The translations under genes and the position numbers were made by a program. Shown piece after piece: positions 23,653-36,845 of a stretch of 64,000 bases of DNA (the first letter of the stretch is position 1; each line of letters begins with the position of its first letter). The notes beneath the pieces were generated by a model. That model had not been told where the DNA came from, ran no database searches, and saw nothing but the letters and a program-made list of their open reading frames with translations. The stretch is from Gekko japonicus (Eukaryota), in contig NW_015176456.1 of NCBI RefSeq assembly GCF_001447785.1, positions 1,819,763 through 1,883,762 of the forward strand, written 5' to 3'.

Positions 23653-23930
23653 CCAGTTTGGTGTAGTGGTTACGTGTGCGGACTCTAATCTGGGAGAACT
23701 GGGTTTGATTCCCCACTCCTCCACTTACAGCTGCTGGATGACCTTGGGCAAGCCATAGTTCTGACAAGAACTGTCCTTGAAAGAGCAGTTCTTGAAAAAG
23801 CTCCCTCAGCTCCACCTATCTCACAGGGTGTCTGTTGTGGGGAGGGGAAGGGAAAGGAGTTTGTAAGCCGCTCTGAAACTCCGAGTAAAGGGTGGGATAT
23901 AAATCCAATCTCCTCTTTTCTTCTTCTTCT
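23653..23930 (+). mobile_element. Squam3-type SINE
   Basis: CCAGTTTGGTGTAGTGGTT...GGACTCTAATCTGGGAGAACTGGGTTTGATTCCCCACTCCTCCAC; (TTC)n tail. Confidence 0.85.
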
Positions 23931-24039
23931 TGATGATTATGCATGGGATAGAGCAGGTAGAGAAATAAGAAGATTGTAGTGTAAAAAATGAAGTGAGACA
24001 TACATATTTTTTCTCTCTCTACTGAAGGACCTCTCTGTA

Positions 24040-24590
24040 GATTGCTGGGGTGGGCTCCCTTGTGGCTTTAAGCACCCTGCAACTGCTGCTGCACCTGACA
24101 GACAACAGCCTGTTAGGTGTAGGAGGTGGGGGGGGAGTGTGTTGGAAGCCATCAGAGAGGCTGGGTCAGTAGCATCGCTAAGGTGATTCTGCTGGTGTGG
24201 CGTCCCTAATGGATTAAAGTACCCTGGTCCTGCTCCTACACCTGACAGACACCCGCCTGTCTGGTGTTGGGGGCATTATGTTTAAAGGCATCAGGGAGGC
24301 TGGGCCAGCAGCATGGCTAAGGCAATCTTGCTGAGCAAACCTCCCCGGTGGCTGTAAGCATCCCACCTCCTCTCATACACCTGACAGGCAGCTGCCTGTC
24401 CAGTGTAGGAGAGGGAGGGGGAAGGAGTATTAGAAGCCACTGTGGAAGCGGGGCTGGCAGGATCACTAAGGCATTACTGCTGGGGCAGGCTCCCTCGTGG
24501 CTTTAAGCACCCTGCAACTGCTGATGCAGGTGTAGGAGGGGGGAGCATGTTTGAAGCCATAGGGATGCTGCGCCAGCATCTTTGCTTCAC
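24040..24590. repeat. Degenerate minisatellite, about 4 units of about 145 bp
   Basis: ggctttaagcacc-like anchor at 24064, 24211, 24350 and 24499, followed by cacctgacag and/or taggagg...gaagccat...ctaagg motifs. Confidence 0.75.
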
Positions 24591-24938
24591 TTCACAGGCA
24601 GTTGGCCACTCCTGATTTCCTCAACTGTCATTAGCGCTGTGCAGTCTCCTGTAACTGTTTTTTTTTACATCAGAACACTGAGCTCTGCAGCTGACCAATC
24701 AGAGAGTGGGGGGTGCAAGGAGGCAGCAGCCTGGCAGTCACATAGGAATCAATGGGGGAGCACATTTTACCCCTTTTGACCCACTTAGGGGTCGAATTGC
24801 TAAAAATCCCTTCTCAGTGAGCATCTAAGCCATGGTAGGAGTGCTCTCCCCAAATTTGTTGTTTCTAGGTCCAGCGGTTTGGCCTGGGTGTTGATTTTAC
24901 GGTGAGGGGACTTTCTTTTATATATGTAGAAGGATAGA
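24040..24938 (-). mobile_element. Helitron-like element carrying the minisatellite (5' end at 24938; 3' end not located)
   Basis: The - strand begins A|TCTATCCTTCTACATATATAAAAG, similar to the 5' ends at 37575 and 61410. Confidence 0.4.
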
Positions 24939-25329
24939 TTGTCCAATAAAAGATGCTATCCACAGTGCTGAACTTCTTTGAGTTAGTACATGATAAAAGT
25001 GCGTGAATGAATTTTTCAATTCCATGTGATGTTGTGGGTGGTGGGGGTTTTCCCGACATCCCCAAATCCTCACTGTTGCATGTCCCATTGTCTAATGTTT
25101 TAACTACATGGGAGGTCCCATCCCATTACTGAACTCCACATCCATACGTGTAGCAACATTTACTATTTTAACTGTAACATTGGTTTAAAGCTTACAATTT
25201 GGAATAGGCATTTTAGGTGGGATGCTGTGAAGCTATTAAACTTCACAATCTGTTTTATATCTTGAGCAAGAAAATATTTCATGATTTTAAAATTTTAAAT
25301 AGAAATTAGAAGACAATTGTACAGGCCTA

Positions 25330-27000
25330 TGTTGTTGTTGTTCAGTCGCACAGTCAAGTCCAACTCTTCACGACCCCATGGACCAGATCATGCCAGGCCC
25401 TCCTGTCTTCCGCCGTCCTCTGAAGTTTGCTCAATTTCATGTTCGTTGCATCGGTGACACTGTCTAACCATCTCATCCTTTGCAGTCCCCTTCTTCTTTG
25501 ACCTTCTGTCTTTCCCAGCATCAGGGTCTTCTCCAGTGAGTGCTCCCTTCTCATTTGGTGGCCAAAGTATTTGAGCTTCAGCTTCAGTATCTGGCCTTCC
25601 AGGGAACAGTCAGGGTTGATTCTTTTAGAATTGACTGATTTGATCTCCTTGTAGTCCAAGGGACTCTCAAGAGTCTTCTCCAGCACCATAATTCAAAAGA
25701 ATCTATTCTTCGGCGCTCGGCCTTCCTTATAGTCCAACTCTTGCAGCCATACATGACTACGGGGAATATCATTGCTTTGACCATGCAGACTTTTGTTGGC
25801 AGGGTGATGTCTCTACTTTTTATCATGCTGTTTAGGTTCGCCATCGCTTTCCTCCCCAGGAGCAGGCGTCTTTTAATTTCATGGCTGCAGTCACCGTCTG
25901 CAGTGATCTTGGATCCCAGGAACGTGAATTCTGTCACTGCTTCCACGACTTCTCCTTATATTTGCCAAGGAGTGATGGGGCCACATGCCATGATCATAGT
26001 TTTTTTAATGTTGAGTTTCAAGCCAACCTTTGCGCTCTCCTCTTTTACCTTTAGCAAGAGACTCTTTAAGTCCTCTTCACTTTCTGCCATTAGAGTGGTA
26101 TTGTCTGCATATCTGAGGTTGTTGATGTTTTTCCCAGCAATCTTAATTCCGGNNNNNNNNNNNNNNNNNNNNNNNNNNNNNNNNNNNNNNNNNNNNNNNN
26201 NNNNNNNNNNNNNNNNNNNNNNNNNNNNNNNNNNNNNNNNNNNNNNNNNNNNNNNNNNNNNNNNNNNNNNNNNNNNNNNNNNNNNNNNNNNNNNNNNNNN
26301 NNNNNNNNNNNNNNNNNNNNNNNNNNNNNNACTCATTATACTAAAAGACTTGTAGGGTCTTGAGCATGACCTTGCTAGTGTGTGATATGAGTGTAATTGT
26401 GCGATAGTTTGAACATTCCTTGGCATTGCCCTTCTTTGGGATTGGAATGTATACTGACCTTTTCCAATCCTGTGCCCACTGTTGCATTTTCCAAATTTGC
26501 TGGTAAATTGAGTGCAGCACTTTAACAGCATCATCTTTTAAGACTTTGAATAGCTCAGCTGGGATAGCATCACCTCCGCTAGCTTTGTTGTTAGTAATGC
26601 TTTCTACGGCCCATTTGACTTTGCACTCCAGGATTTCTGGCTCGAGGTCAGTGATTATACCATCATGGTTGTTGACATTGAGGTCCTTCTTGTATAGTTC
26701 TTCTGTCTATTCTTGCCATCGTTTCCTAATCTCTTCTGCTTCTTTTAGCTCCCTACCATTTTTGTCCTTTATTATGGCCAGCTTTGCATGGAATGTTCTC
26801 TTGATTTCTCCAGTTTTCATGAAGAGATCTCTAGTCCTTCCCATTCTGTTGTTTTCCTCTATTACTTTGCCTTGTTCATTCAGGAAAGCCTCCTTATCTC
26901 TCCTTGCTGTTCTCTGGAAATCTGCATTCAGTTGGGTAAATCTTTTCTTTTCACCTTTGCCTTTTGCTTTCCTTCTTTCCTCTGCTATTTGTAAAGCCTC
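25330..27000 (-). mobile_element. BovB (RTE clade) LINE, 5'-truncated, spanning an assembly gap
   Basis: GIKIAGKNINNLRYADNTTLMAESEEDLKSLL, FTFLGSKITADGDCSHEIKRRLLLGRKAM, LEKTLMLGK; (CAA)n tail. Confidence 0.95.
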
Positions 27001-28786
27001 TAGCTTTACTTAAACTGCACATATGATGATTCTAGCAGAGTTCAAATTTTGAAAAATCAAACTTGTGTTATATTGATCTCCTGTTAAAAACTGTAGTTTT
27101 GATATTTTGCAGAAACATTTAAATGAGAAGAATCTTCATTCTTATTTCCACTCCTCTTCCTACAGTAGTCCAAATCCCTCTGATATGAAATACACCTAGG
27201 AAATTATTCTCTTTGTATCCATGGAAAAGATTATCTGGATCATTTGAAGCGAGCCTCTTCTTGTTCACAATGGGTGTTTTAAATTCTAATTGAGATCATC
27301 AGTCTCTTCACAATGTTTTGTGTGCATAATGGATGCCCCTTTCTTGCTTCCTACGGAAAAGTCAAACGAACAGTTTACCACGTTTACATATGCTGACACA
27401 GTAGTTGATTATTTGCTGTGGTGTTTTTGTAAGGAAATCAAATCATAACTGGGTTGAATCTCAATATCCAGGCTATGCCAGTAAAGATAAAATGTTCTCC
27501 CCTAACTTTTAGTTCATTATTTTTTTACTCATGCTTTATATTCAGACTCATTATACTAAAAGACCTTCCTATATGAACTATGGCCTGAAATTAGATTATT
27601 GGCTAATATAACAATCTATTAAAATTAATGAATAGAATGTAATGGTTGGTGTATTATTCAATAAAATATCACTGTTCTAGGTCCCCCCCCCCCGAAAATG
27701 GATTATTCTAGGCTAAGCAACCCTTTAAGATGCTAATGTATTTACTCTTGAACGAGAATCATAGAAGTTGCAAGTTAATGCTCATGCCAGTGTATTTAAG
27801 GCTAGTGCTTAAATTGGTGCACCAGCAAGCCTTCTTCCTGAAGAGTATCTTTGAGTAATACCTGTGTGGGACCAATATACCGTACTTAGTGTTTCACAGA
27901 CTGGCTTTAGGATTATGCCCTTATTTCTGAACAATGTGTCCCCTAACATAGCCTATAGAACCTGGTTTGCAGCCCTAAGTATTATTTATTTATTAGTATT
28001 TCGACCCTGCCCTTCCATGACATTGGTTTATGGAGCAGCTTGCATGGAGTCTAAAATATGAGAAAAAATATTTTTTGTTTTTATCTTGTGCTGAAAATTC
28101 AGAAGACTTGTTGCTAAGCAAAGTATGCTGGTGGAGAGCATTCTCCCATAAATATACATGTTTATTTTGATGCAAGTTCCATGAAACTCAACAGGATTAT
28201 GTCAGTAAATGGGGATAGGAGTGGCTGATTGCCATCTTGTGTGCCATCTTGTGTTTTCTGTATAGGTACAGCATTCTAGAGGGAAGCAGTGAAGAGTTCT
28301 ATTTTGAAAAATCCCGTGAAACTCTTTTCTCTTTGGCGTATATCAGAGCCAGAAATGTATAGTTTATCTTTACAATATTAGACACCTGTACAGAAAAGTA
28401 CACTTCGGAAGCCATGCATATGTTGCTTAATCTTTGGTCTCCCACCACTCTCTTTTTACAATGGAACTGAGCACAGAGCTCTGTATTTGTACACTGCTTA
28501 CCATGCAGCGGCCTCACAAAATGATAGACAAAATTCAAGGCTAATATTGCTGTAGACAACAAAACAACAGTAAATGTAGTGAAGATTTCTTGATGCTTTG
28601 AATATATATGTATTTTAAAAGTTAGATGCATGCTTTAATAAAATATAAAGTAATTATATATTTCTGCTTGATTTCTGTAAATGTCAACTGAAGGTGAGCT
28701 GGAGTTAGCCTGGAACCATAGATGTCTATTACCAACAACTCAGTAAATCTAGATCCAGAATGCTCCTTTTACATTAGCCATTATAC

Positions 28787-28823
28787 GCACACAAACACAC
28801 ACATACACACACACAGACACACA
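28787..28823. repeat. (CA)n microsatellite, interrupted
   Basis: cacacaaacacacacatacacacacacagacacaca. Confidence 0.8.
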
Positions 28824-31800
28824 GAAACTGTTATAGATTGACAGCAAGTCATGATGATGACAAAGTAATACAGTATTCAGAACAACTATATAAATTACTA
28901 TTTGCAAATGTAAAACCGTAATTTACATAAAATGTAGTAATAAGACCATTATGACTATAAATATGTCTTTATTCTTGGGCCTTTAATGCCATTCTTTGTC
29001 CAGTGGGAGATGAGGAGTGATGTTGATACTGCCTCTTCCCCCTACTATAATGGTTTACAAAAAATTAAATAGCTTTGATGTAAATATGAGGTGGGAAATA
29101 TATGTGGCTCTATTAAGTGACATAGAAATATGATAAGATTAACAGGCTGGTGGGTGTAAATTGAGCAGTGAAATTCCTAAATTCAGATGCTAATTATGAA
29201 CACAAGGACAATTGCCTCCCACATATTCAACTCTTGTTTTTTTTTGTATAGATAATAGAATTGTTCACACACATATTGAAGCTTTTATCTGATAACCATA
29301 CTTTTTTTTACCTGACGCCTACCAGTTGAGAAGTCACTAAAGACCAGATTTTACTACTATTATACAATTAATACTGTAGGCATTGTGCTTTATATTAGTG
29401 ACTGTAGGTGTTGGATTAAAAAAGGAGTTTTCCTCCTACAATTTGATGAAAATGTATTATAAATGTATCCTTACTGTTTTGGGATCTTTGAACTGAATGT
29501 TTTGTTTTTAAGGTTAATTTATTTGGAGTGTGCTACTCTATACATGTTTACTTGGGAGTAAGTCCCAGTGTATTCAGTGAACTTACTGAGTAAACACTAT
29601 GAGGATTCCATTACATTTGAGGCAGGAATAAAAATAATGATTGTCCATGATTTTTAAATCCTTGGCATAAAGGAACAAGATAATTGAAAACTTATAAACA
29701 ATTTTTTGGAGCTTTTTTGTGACCCTGATTACTTTTCCATCGGTATTTAAAATGGTTAAAATTTATCATCCTAAATATCTCATGGATTGAGTACTATGAC
29801 ATTTTTTAAAAGGACAGACTTACTTAAGCGCTGTGTTCCACATTAGCACCTGTGATCCATTACATGAAAGAGCTTTGTGTTTTCATGGTTTATGGGTATG
29901 AGAAGAGATGATCTGTCTGTGATGGTTTGCATGGTAATATCAAGGAAAGTGGACAGATCACCTCCATCCCACCTCGTTCTATCCTATCCAACCCTTTTAT
30001 TTGCTATTCATACAGTTATATAGGTCACTTCCCAGAGCCAAAGGGTCGAGAGGTACCTTTCACACAACATTCTGTAAACAGAAGGCTAGTTGCAGCTTTC
30101 AAATGACTGTTGTTATATTAAATGGGGACTCACTGTGCATCCTAGTGCTAAAGGACAAAAACTAGAAGGACTTTATGTAGTCTGCTTTGGGCAGCAAATT
30201 TAAAAGTGACAGTTACTTCAGAGCCAGCGTAGGGTAGTGTTGGATTAGGATTGGGGAGGCCTGGGTTCAGTTTCCCACTTATCTATGAAAATAATAATGG
30301 AGAAAAAATAATACAATGTATAAACTTTTGAGAAAAATTGTAATATGTGTAGCTTTGGTGACAAAAGTTTTTTAAAAATGTTAAGGGCTTTTTGATAAGA
30401 TCTGTATAGTTGTAGCTGACACAAATATATAGAAACACTTTTGCTAGGACTCTGCAATTCTGAGTAGATTTATCAAGAGCACCTCAAGAATTGTGGCAAA
30501 TTATTGATTGCATTTTTGAGATTAATACTTCAAGCATTTTTAGGAGCAGAAGTACAAAAATATTTTTATCATGGTCTTTCTGATGTGTATGCCTCTNNNN
30601 NNNNNNNNNNNNNNNNNNNNNNNNNNNNNNNNNNNNNNNNNNNNNNNNNNNNNNNNNNNNNNNNNNNNNNNNNNNNNNNNNNNNNNNNNNNNNNNNNNNN
30701 NNNNNNNNNNNNNNNNNNNNNNNNNNNNNNNNNNNNNNNNNNNNNNNNNNNNGATCAAAGCCATAACATAAAGGAGAGGAATCTAAACAGTTGGCTTATC
30801 TTTGTCCTTCATTGTGACACAAATACCATAAAATTACTTTTCTATAAAAAGACAAGCAAAAGACTAATGCAGCATGCTCTGAACTCTTTTTCTGTGCCTT
30901 GGTTAAGTAGGCTCCTTTTCATTTTGCTATTTGGCTGAAACAGAGAAACATGTCTGCTCTCTGGATTTTTGAGAGATCAGGAGAAGACTTGTAAACTTTA
31001 TTTTAAAGAAAATGTCTGCAAAGGAAGTAACTGGCTTTTTCAGATTTTGGAGATATAGCAAAACAGTCTACATTTTTTATATATGCAACAATCTACCAAA
31101 TTTTATGATATAATAATGTAATTATTTGAAAATGTTGGAAGCATAATTTTTTTGAAAATTGAAGGAATAATTTGAAATGCAAAGAATAACACTTAAGAAT
31201 GCTGTATATCTCTACTAGGGTCCCCCCCCCCCCAAATTCTGTTTTGTTTGGTTTTTTACAGTCCTAGATTAAGGTAAAGATTACAGTTTATAAATTAGAC
31301 TACAGCTATCTAGAATGTAGGATTCCTTATATGTTCTGGAGAGCTAAGACAAATGGAACTTAATAAGGAACAATATACTGCATTTCATGTTTGTAGTACA
31401 TATAAAAATTTGCCGTTAATTTAGCTGTAAAGATTATTTTAAACAAACATTTACAAAGCATTTTGAAAGTGGGTATGGTATTAACACAATAGGATCTCTA
31501 AGATCTACATATAACATTTTAATGGTTAATATTATTCAAGTAGCCAGTCTGCTTTCTTGGAGATACCAAGTTCAGAATCTGAGACATGAACATTGTTGAA
31601 GATTTGCTACCTATTAATAAAGTTGCAACCTAGAAAGAGCAACTGGGTATATAAAAATTTTGCAGATTTTCTTTCCCATTAGTTTTTTCTGCAGAATCCT
31701 AAACTGGTTTCTTAAAGTCAAGGAAGGATTTTGGAGAAAGAGCTAATTAAAGCAAAATGTGGGGCAAATAGCGTGGAGTTTTTCTTTAGAAATCTCTTGT

Positions 31801-31900
31801 ACCCATCTCACACATTGAATTTCAGATTTTGGGGATTTAAAAAGATTCTTTCCCCCCTTCACTGAGGTCACACAATTTTCTTTTGGATTATACTTTTCAG

Positions 31901-32026
31901 CCGGTAGTCGTACAATTTCATTGAGAGATACCAAGGGTGGGGGGTAAACTTTTGACAGAGAGCATGAATGAGTACAGAATTTTTATGCCTCCTTGTCCCC
32001 CTCCCCCTAAGCCAAATTCTGATATT
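31901..32026 (+). CDS. Candidate start-codon exon of an unidentified host gene (ATG 31964; MNEYRIFMPPCPPPPKPNSDI)
   Basis: cttttcAG acceptor; in-frame upstream stop; A at -3 of the ATG; consensus donor GTAAGT at 32027; unique sequence. Could be a uORF in a UTR exon. Confidence 0.45.
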
Positions 32027-32135
32027 GTAAGTATGCTGAATTGTGAGACATGGGTTGCCGGGAAAGAAAATGTGGCTGCAGAGAGTGTCCAAAACTGTCT
32101 CTTACTCAGTTTGCTATTAAGATTTGACCTCTACT

Positions 32136-32375
32136 CTTTGGCCACCAACTGAGAAGGGAGCACTCACTGGAGAAGACCCTGATGCTGGGAAAGATTGAAG
32201 GTAAGAGAAGAAGGGGACAGCTAAAGATGAGATAGTTAGACAGTGTTATCGATGCAACGAACATTAAATTAAGCAAACTCCGGAGCACGATGGAAGACAG
32301 AAGAGCCTGGTGCGATGTGGTCCATGAGGTCGCGAAGAGTCGGACTCGACTGTGTGACTGAACAACAACAACAAC
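32136..32375 (+). mobile_element. BovB 3' fragment
   Basis: ctggagaagaccctgatgctgggaaagattgaagg... ending in (CAA)n. Confidence 0.9.
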
Positions 32376-32461
32376 TTTCTGTGCAAGTGGGGCAGTTCTT
32401 TACATATATATCCGGAGCACCCAGTGTTCCACTGAGTTTGGTCTGTAACTTTGGTTTACTT

Positions 32462-32818
32462 CAGTGGTCCCCAACCTTTTTGAGTTATCAGACATCTTTG
32501 GACTTTTGACACCGCATGGTGGATGCAGCCACAAAATAGCTGCACAAAATGACTGCTAATGGAGGTAGAGCCAGCTGCAAAATGGCTGCCGCAGTGTATC
32601 TCCAGTTACACAGGGAAGATCTTTGTACTGTGGTGGCAGCTGCTGCCAAAGAAATGCTTTTAAAAGTCAGTACAGCCAGTAGAATCTACAATGGCTAATC
32701 AGAAGCCTTGCTGGGCAAAAGCCAAAAGCCTCACCTGGCCCTGCCCACTCTCTAAAAACGATGAGCAGATGCTCATTGGACACCATGGCAACCACAGGCA
32801 CCATGTTGGGGACCCTTG
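32462..32818. mobile_element. hAT (Charlie-like) MITE
   Basis: CAGTGGTCCCCAAC / GTTGGGGACCCTTG TIRs; 8-bp flanks GTTTACTT / GTTTACAC. Confidence 0.7.
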
Positions 32819-33008
32819 GTTTACACTGCCAGTGCAACACTCAAAACTGCTAGCAGCATAAATTTGCATTCCAGAATGCAGGGATGGTTTGCAGAAACAT
32901 ACAGTCCCATGACCTGTTACTGCTTGTGTAACTCAGATTTTCACGGTGTTGTATCTGCGTTGCAGTAGCTTACCATTGATGGCTTACCACTATGTATTTA
33001 GATGCAAT

Positions 33009-33208
33009 CAGTGTTGCCTCTAAGCTGAGTTAGTGTAAGCTAGCTCAGGTTTTTTTAGCCTCCGGCTCACACATTTTTGTCTTAGCTCAGGAAGGATGCT
33101 CTAGAACAAACTAATTTATGCAGTAGCCAAATTGTTCGCTCACAAATGCCAATAGCTCACAAGGTAGAATTTTTGCTCACAAGACTCCACAGATTAGAGG
33201 GAGTACTA
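33009..33208. mobile_element. hAT MITE (CAGTGTT.CCTCTAA TIR) with perfect 8-bp TSD
   Basis: GATGCAAT at 33001-33008 and 33209-33216; second copy at 60190-60395. Confidence 0.85.
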
Positions 33209-33216
33209 GATGCAAT

Positions 33217-34790
33217 GTGTGATCCACCTCCCAAAAATCAACTGATTTGAGGAGTACCACCCCAGACTTGCTGAAAGGGAATCTCTAATTGCAAAAATGA
33301 GATACGATAGGGTCCCATCCCAACTCCCTGGCTGTTCTACAGTGTAAGCGTTTAATATTTTGCCTAAAGTGTGAATGTACCTTTCCACAAAGCCATTTGT
33401 GCTCTAATGATGAGCCACCATTGGTGAATACTTGGTCTCTGCTAATTCATAAACCTTCTGCATCAGCTTGGAAGTAAAGTTCATTCCTTGATCTGAAATT
33501 ATCACCTCAGGGCATCCAAAGGTTAAACTGAACTCCAACAGGACTCTGGCTACACTCTGTGCAGTAAAGGAACTCAAGGCAAACCGAGTGGGAAAACAGC
33601 TTCCGTGATCCATGATCAGCAAAGCAAATTGCTTACCTGACTTGGAATTAGGCAGAAGGCCTAGGGTAGGATGTTGATAGAAATCCATTGGAAGACTTGG
33701 CTGATGACCGGAAATGGACACAAAGGCACCTGGGGGTGATCTTATAGAAATTCCACTTTCTGACAGACTTAACAAGTGCCACAATAAGTCTGTACACTTT
33801 TAGCCGCATCAGGCCAGTAGAAAGATTGGGTGATTTTAGTCAGAGTCTTTTTTATACCCAGGTGGCCTTCAAAAGGTATATCATGTGCCACTTTAAGAAT
33901 CTTCTCTCTGTATCCTTGAGGAATTACAAGTTGAGGAACTGGGTGATTCTTAGGCAAATACTCCCAGTACAATAGTCTGTCATACCACACAATTAATTCT
34001 GGTGGTGCAGTATCAGCTTGCAAGTGATATTCCTTTAAGGCCTAACAATTAAGCTGTGCTTCCTTAAAAGCTGCTGAAGGGTTTAGGCTTACCACTGTAT
34101 TTGTCTGTCCTCTCTTCTCAGCTGGTGCTTTGTTCAGAGGCCCGTCCTCTTGAGGGACTGCTTTCTCTACTACAGCCAGTTCACACCTTGCTCGGCTGTG
34201 GGCAATTGCTCTCTATTGAGCCAGGCTCCTGGTGCTATCCATGCAATGAGCCTGCCTGTACAGCAAGTCCCCTTCAATCAAGATCTTTCCATCCGGATTA
34301 AGAATGAACCAGAACAGGCAGTTCCCCTACCCAGTTGCAAAACTTTATTTGCACTAGGGTCACAAACTGAATGGAGATTTCTGCATTGTAGGTCTGAATG
34401 AGCATTTTCCCCACCAACTTAATTGGTTCCTTTAAGATTTTTCTCGGCACTGAGCTGAAATTTGAGCCTGGACCCACAAACGCAGGCAGAAGTGTGTCAT
34501 TCCCCACAACAATGCTGCCCCCCCCCCCAAGCTCTTCCAACCAATGCTTTTGGGCTGCTAGGATAGACAACTTGATGTTAGTTACTTTAGCCATCCTGCC
34601 TCCTGGCATTCTTCACATGCCCCTTCTCATGGCAAAAGGAACAGTTTCAGAAGTAGAGGTCACCATTGACTTACCCTCTTTGTTGAGAGTGGGACTCTGC
34701 CATTGGGAACAGTTTGGGAAATTTGAGCAGGAATCTGACTCAATCTCCTCAGCATCCAGCTCTCTCTTCAGAGCAAGATATATTTTCTCA
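33217..34790 (-). mobile_element. Decayed Gypsy pol fragment, Gmr1-like (no RT ahead of integrase)
   Basis: QLVIPQGYREKILKVAHDIPFEGHLGIKKT (IN zinc finger); FGCPEVIISDQGMNFTSKLM (DDE core); WD..L.YL.FA.R; LTR-like piece at 34729-34766. Confidence 0.8.
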
Positions 34791-36086
34791 TCTTGAATAC
34801 ATTAAAAAATTCAGAGTGCAGTCCTCACCAGGTCTACTCAGAATCCTGCTCAGGTCTATTCAGTGGAGCTTACTCCCAGGAAAGTATTCTTATGATTTTA
34901 CCAAACATACCTGGCTTGCATTTTTAAACTGTATATTAACAGTCAGAGCTAGCATTAAAAAGCTAGCATTAAAATAACTGCATGGTTCTCTTCTTCAACA
35001 AAGAACAGACAGACATACAAGTATAGTTATGGCATGTAACAATTGCATCTCCAAAATGCACTTTAGTGTAAATCAACCCATTATTATTTTTTTTGGTTTA
35101 CCAGGAACAGAATGTAAGTTCTATACATTTCCTATGTAACATAATGGGTTTTGTGGCATCCTACAAATTAGTATATTTATTGTGGCCCAAGTGTTTGTGA
35201 GTTGATGCAAGTGTGCAACTAAAAAAAAAGTAAAGGAGGGGATAATGAAATTCACAAGGAAGTGAAATCCCATCCACCAACTGCCTCCAATTTCTCCACC
35301 ACCCCCATTTCTCTTTCTTCCATCCCCACAGGTCCCCACTTTTCTCCTCATCACCTGTTCCTCCCTCTTCAACCCTTCTGCTAGCTAGCTAGTCAGAACA
35401 GAAGGGCAGAAGTGGAGCAAGGACATCCTTCACACTTACTGCTTCAAGCTGCTGCCACCATTGCCTACCTGCTGATTGGAGGGATGGAGAGGAAAGTCTG
35501 TCTCAACCTCCTCCCCTATCAGCAAGCAGAAGGCAGTGGCAAAGGCCTGAAGCAGAAAATATGGGGGATGTACTTTCTCCCCTTCAACTCTCCCTTCTCC
35601 AACAATATTTTGTTGAGTGGGAGTGGATACAGATCTTCCTTCTCTGCCTCAAAATCATTTAAAAACCCTTTCCCCCTGAAAATCGAGGGGTCCTCTTGAG
35701 CTGTAAAAATAACACCCCTTCTCTGTACATTTCCCCATTGTGCAATTTTTTATATATATATGCATTCTGGGTCCATGTTCAGAATTACCATTTTGCCAGT
35801 TCATACAGTGAAAATTCAGTTTGAAAGTGGATTGAAAGTGGATTATTTAGTGTGTGTGAACGCAGCCATACACATAGGTAAAAATAGACAGTGTAAGGAG
35901 AGAATTGTTCCACAGAAAGGCCAGAAAACCCTTCATTCCAAGGCATAGGTGTGTTATATTACAGTGCACAGATGAAACAAAATCCAGTGCTTATGAATAG
36001 TTGGACTACTTTTCTCAGTGAGCTATCAACTCCCTTTAACATAATGTGCTTATATAATACAGTGTGCATATATAATATAGTGTATA

Positions 36087-36290
36087 GCCAGTGTGGTATA
36101 GTAAGAGTGCTGGACTCTGATCTGGCATATCAGGGTTTGAATCCTCCTGCCATGGAAGCTTGCTAAGTGACCTTGGGTCATTCACACCCTCTCAGCCCAA
36201 CACCTCACAGGGCTGTTGTGAGGTTAAAATTGAAGAGAGGAGTACAATGTAAGCAGCTTTGGGTCTCTATATGAAAAAAAGTAAATACAT
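36087..36290 (+). mobile_element. Old Squam3-related SINE
   Basis: GCCAGTGTGGTATAGT...GGTTTGAATCC...GTGACCTTGGG...CCTCACAGGG. Confidence 0.7.
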
Positions 36291-36845
36291 TTTTTCCAGT
36301 CATTCAAAGAGCTGGCTGGGCTGGGGACAGTAGGCCAGTATTCAGTTTGGTCCATCTGCATGGTATCAGTCCAGCTCCCTGGCACACCCTGGACCACATT
36401 CACTTTTGGCAACCTTTCCTACCCAACCCTCCTTTGCTTTGGTATACTTATCTGCACTTTTGTTCATGCTTGGGGTCTACTGTCATAACTAGGTAGGCGG
36501 TTTTGGCATTGGGAAGGACCCATTTGGGGGGAAGATTGGGCCTGCATGCCCATCATCCCAGTTGGGGATCCCATTAAGAGGTCCTGGGGACAGAGGCTTA
36601 GGAGGCATTCCCAGCTTGGGAGCTGCTAGGCTCTTCTCACACCCAGATGGCAGGAGGATCACACAGTGGCCTGCGCCCAAGTGTGCCCACTGGCTGTCAT
36701 CATCTGAGGTTCTTTCCCATCAGCAGACTAGCTGAGGAACTGGCTTCCCATCAGACAAGTCACTCAGTGCCTTGGATCTGTTGCCGTATGCCAAGCCAGA
36801 CGTCTGCAGCCATAATAAATCAAATTGTGCCCTGTTATATTCATA

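Noticed and set aside
23510-23720. tRNA genes
   Set aside because: The A/B boxes are SINE heads continuing into SINE bodies and tails; no complete cloverleaf.
24040-24590. CRISPR-like array
   Set aside because: Whole units are homologous, so there are no unique spacers; eukaryotic context and no cas genes.
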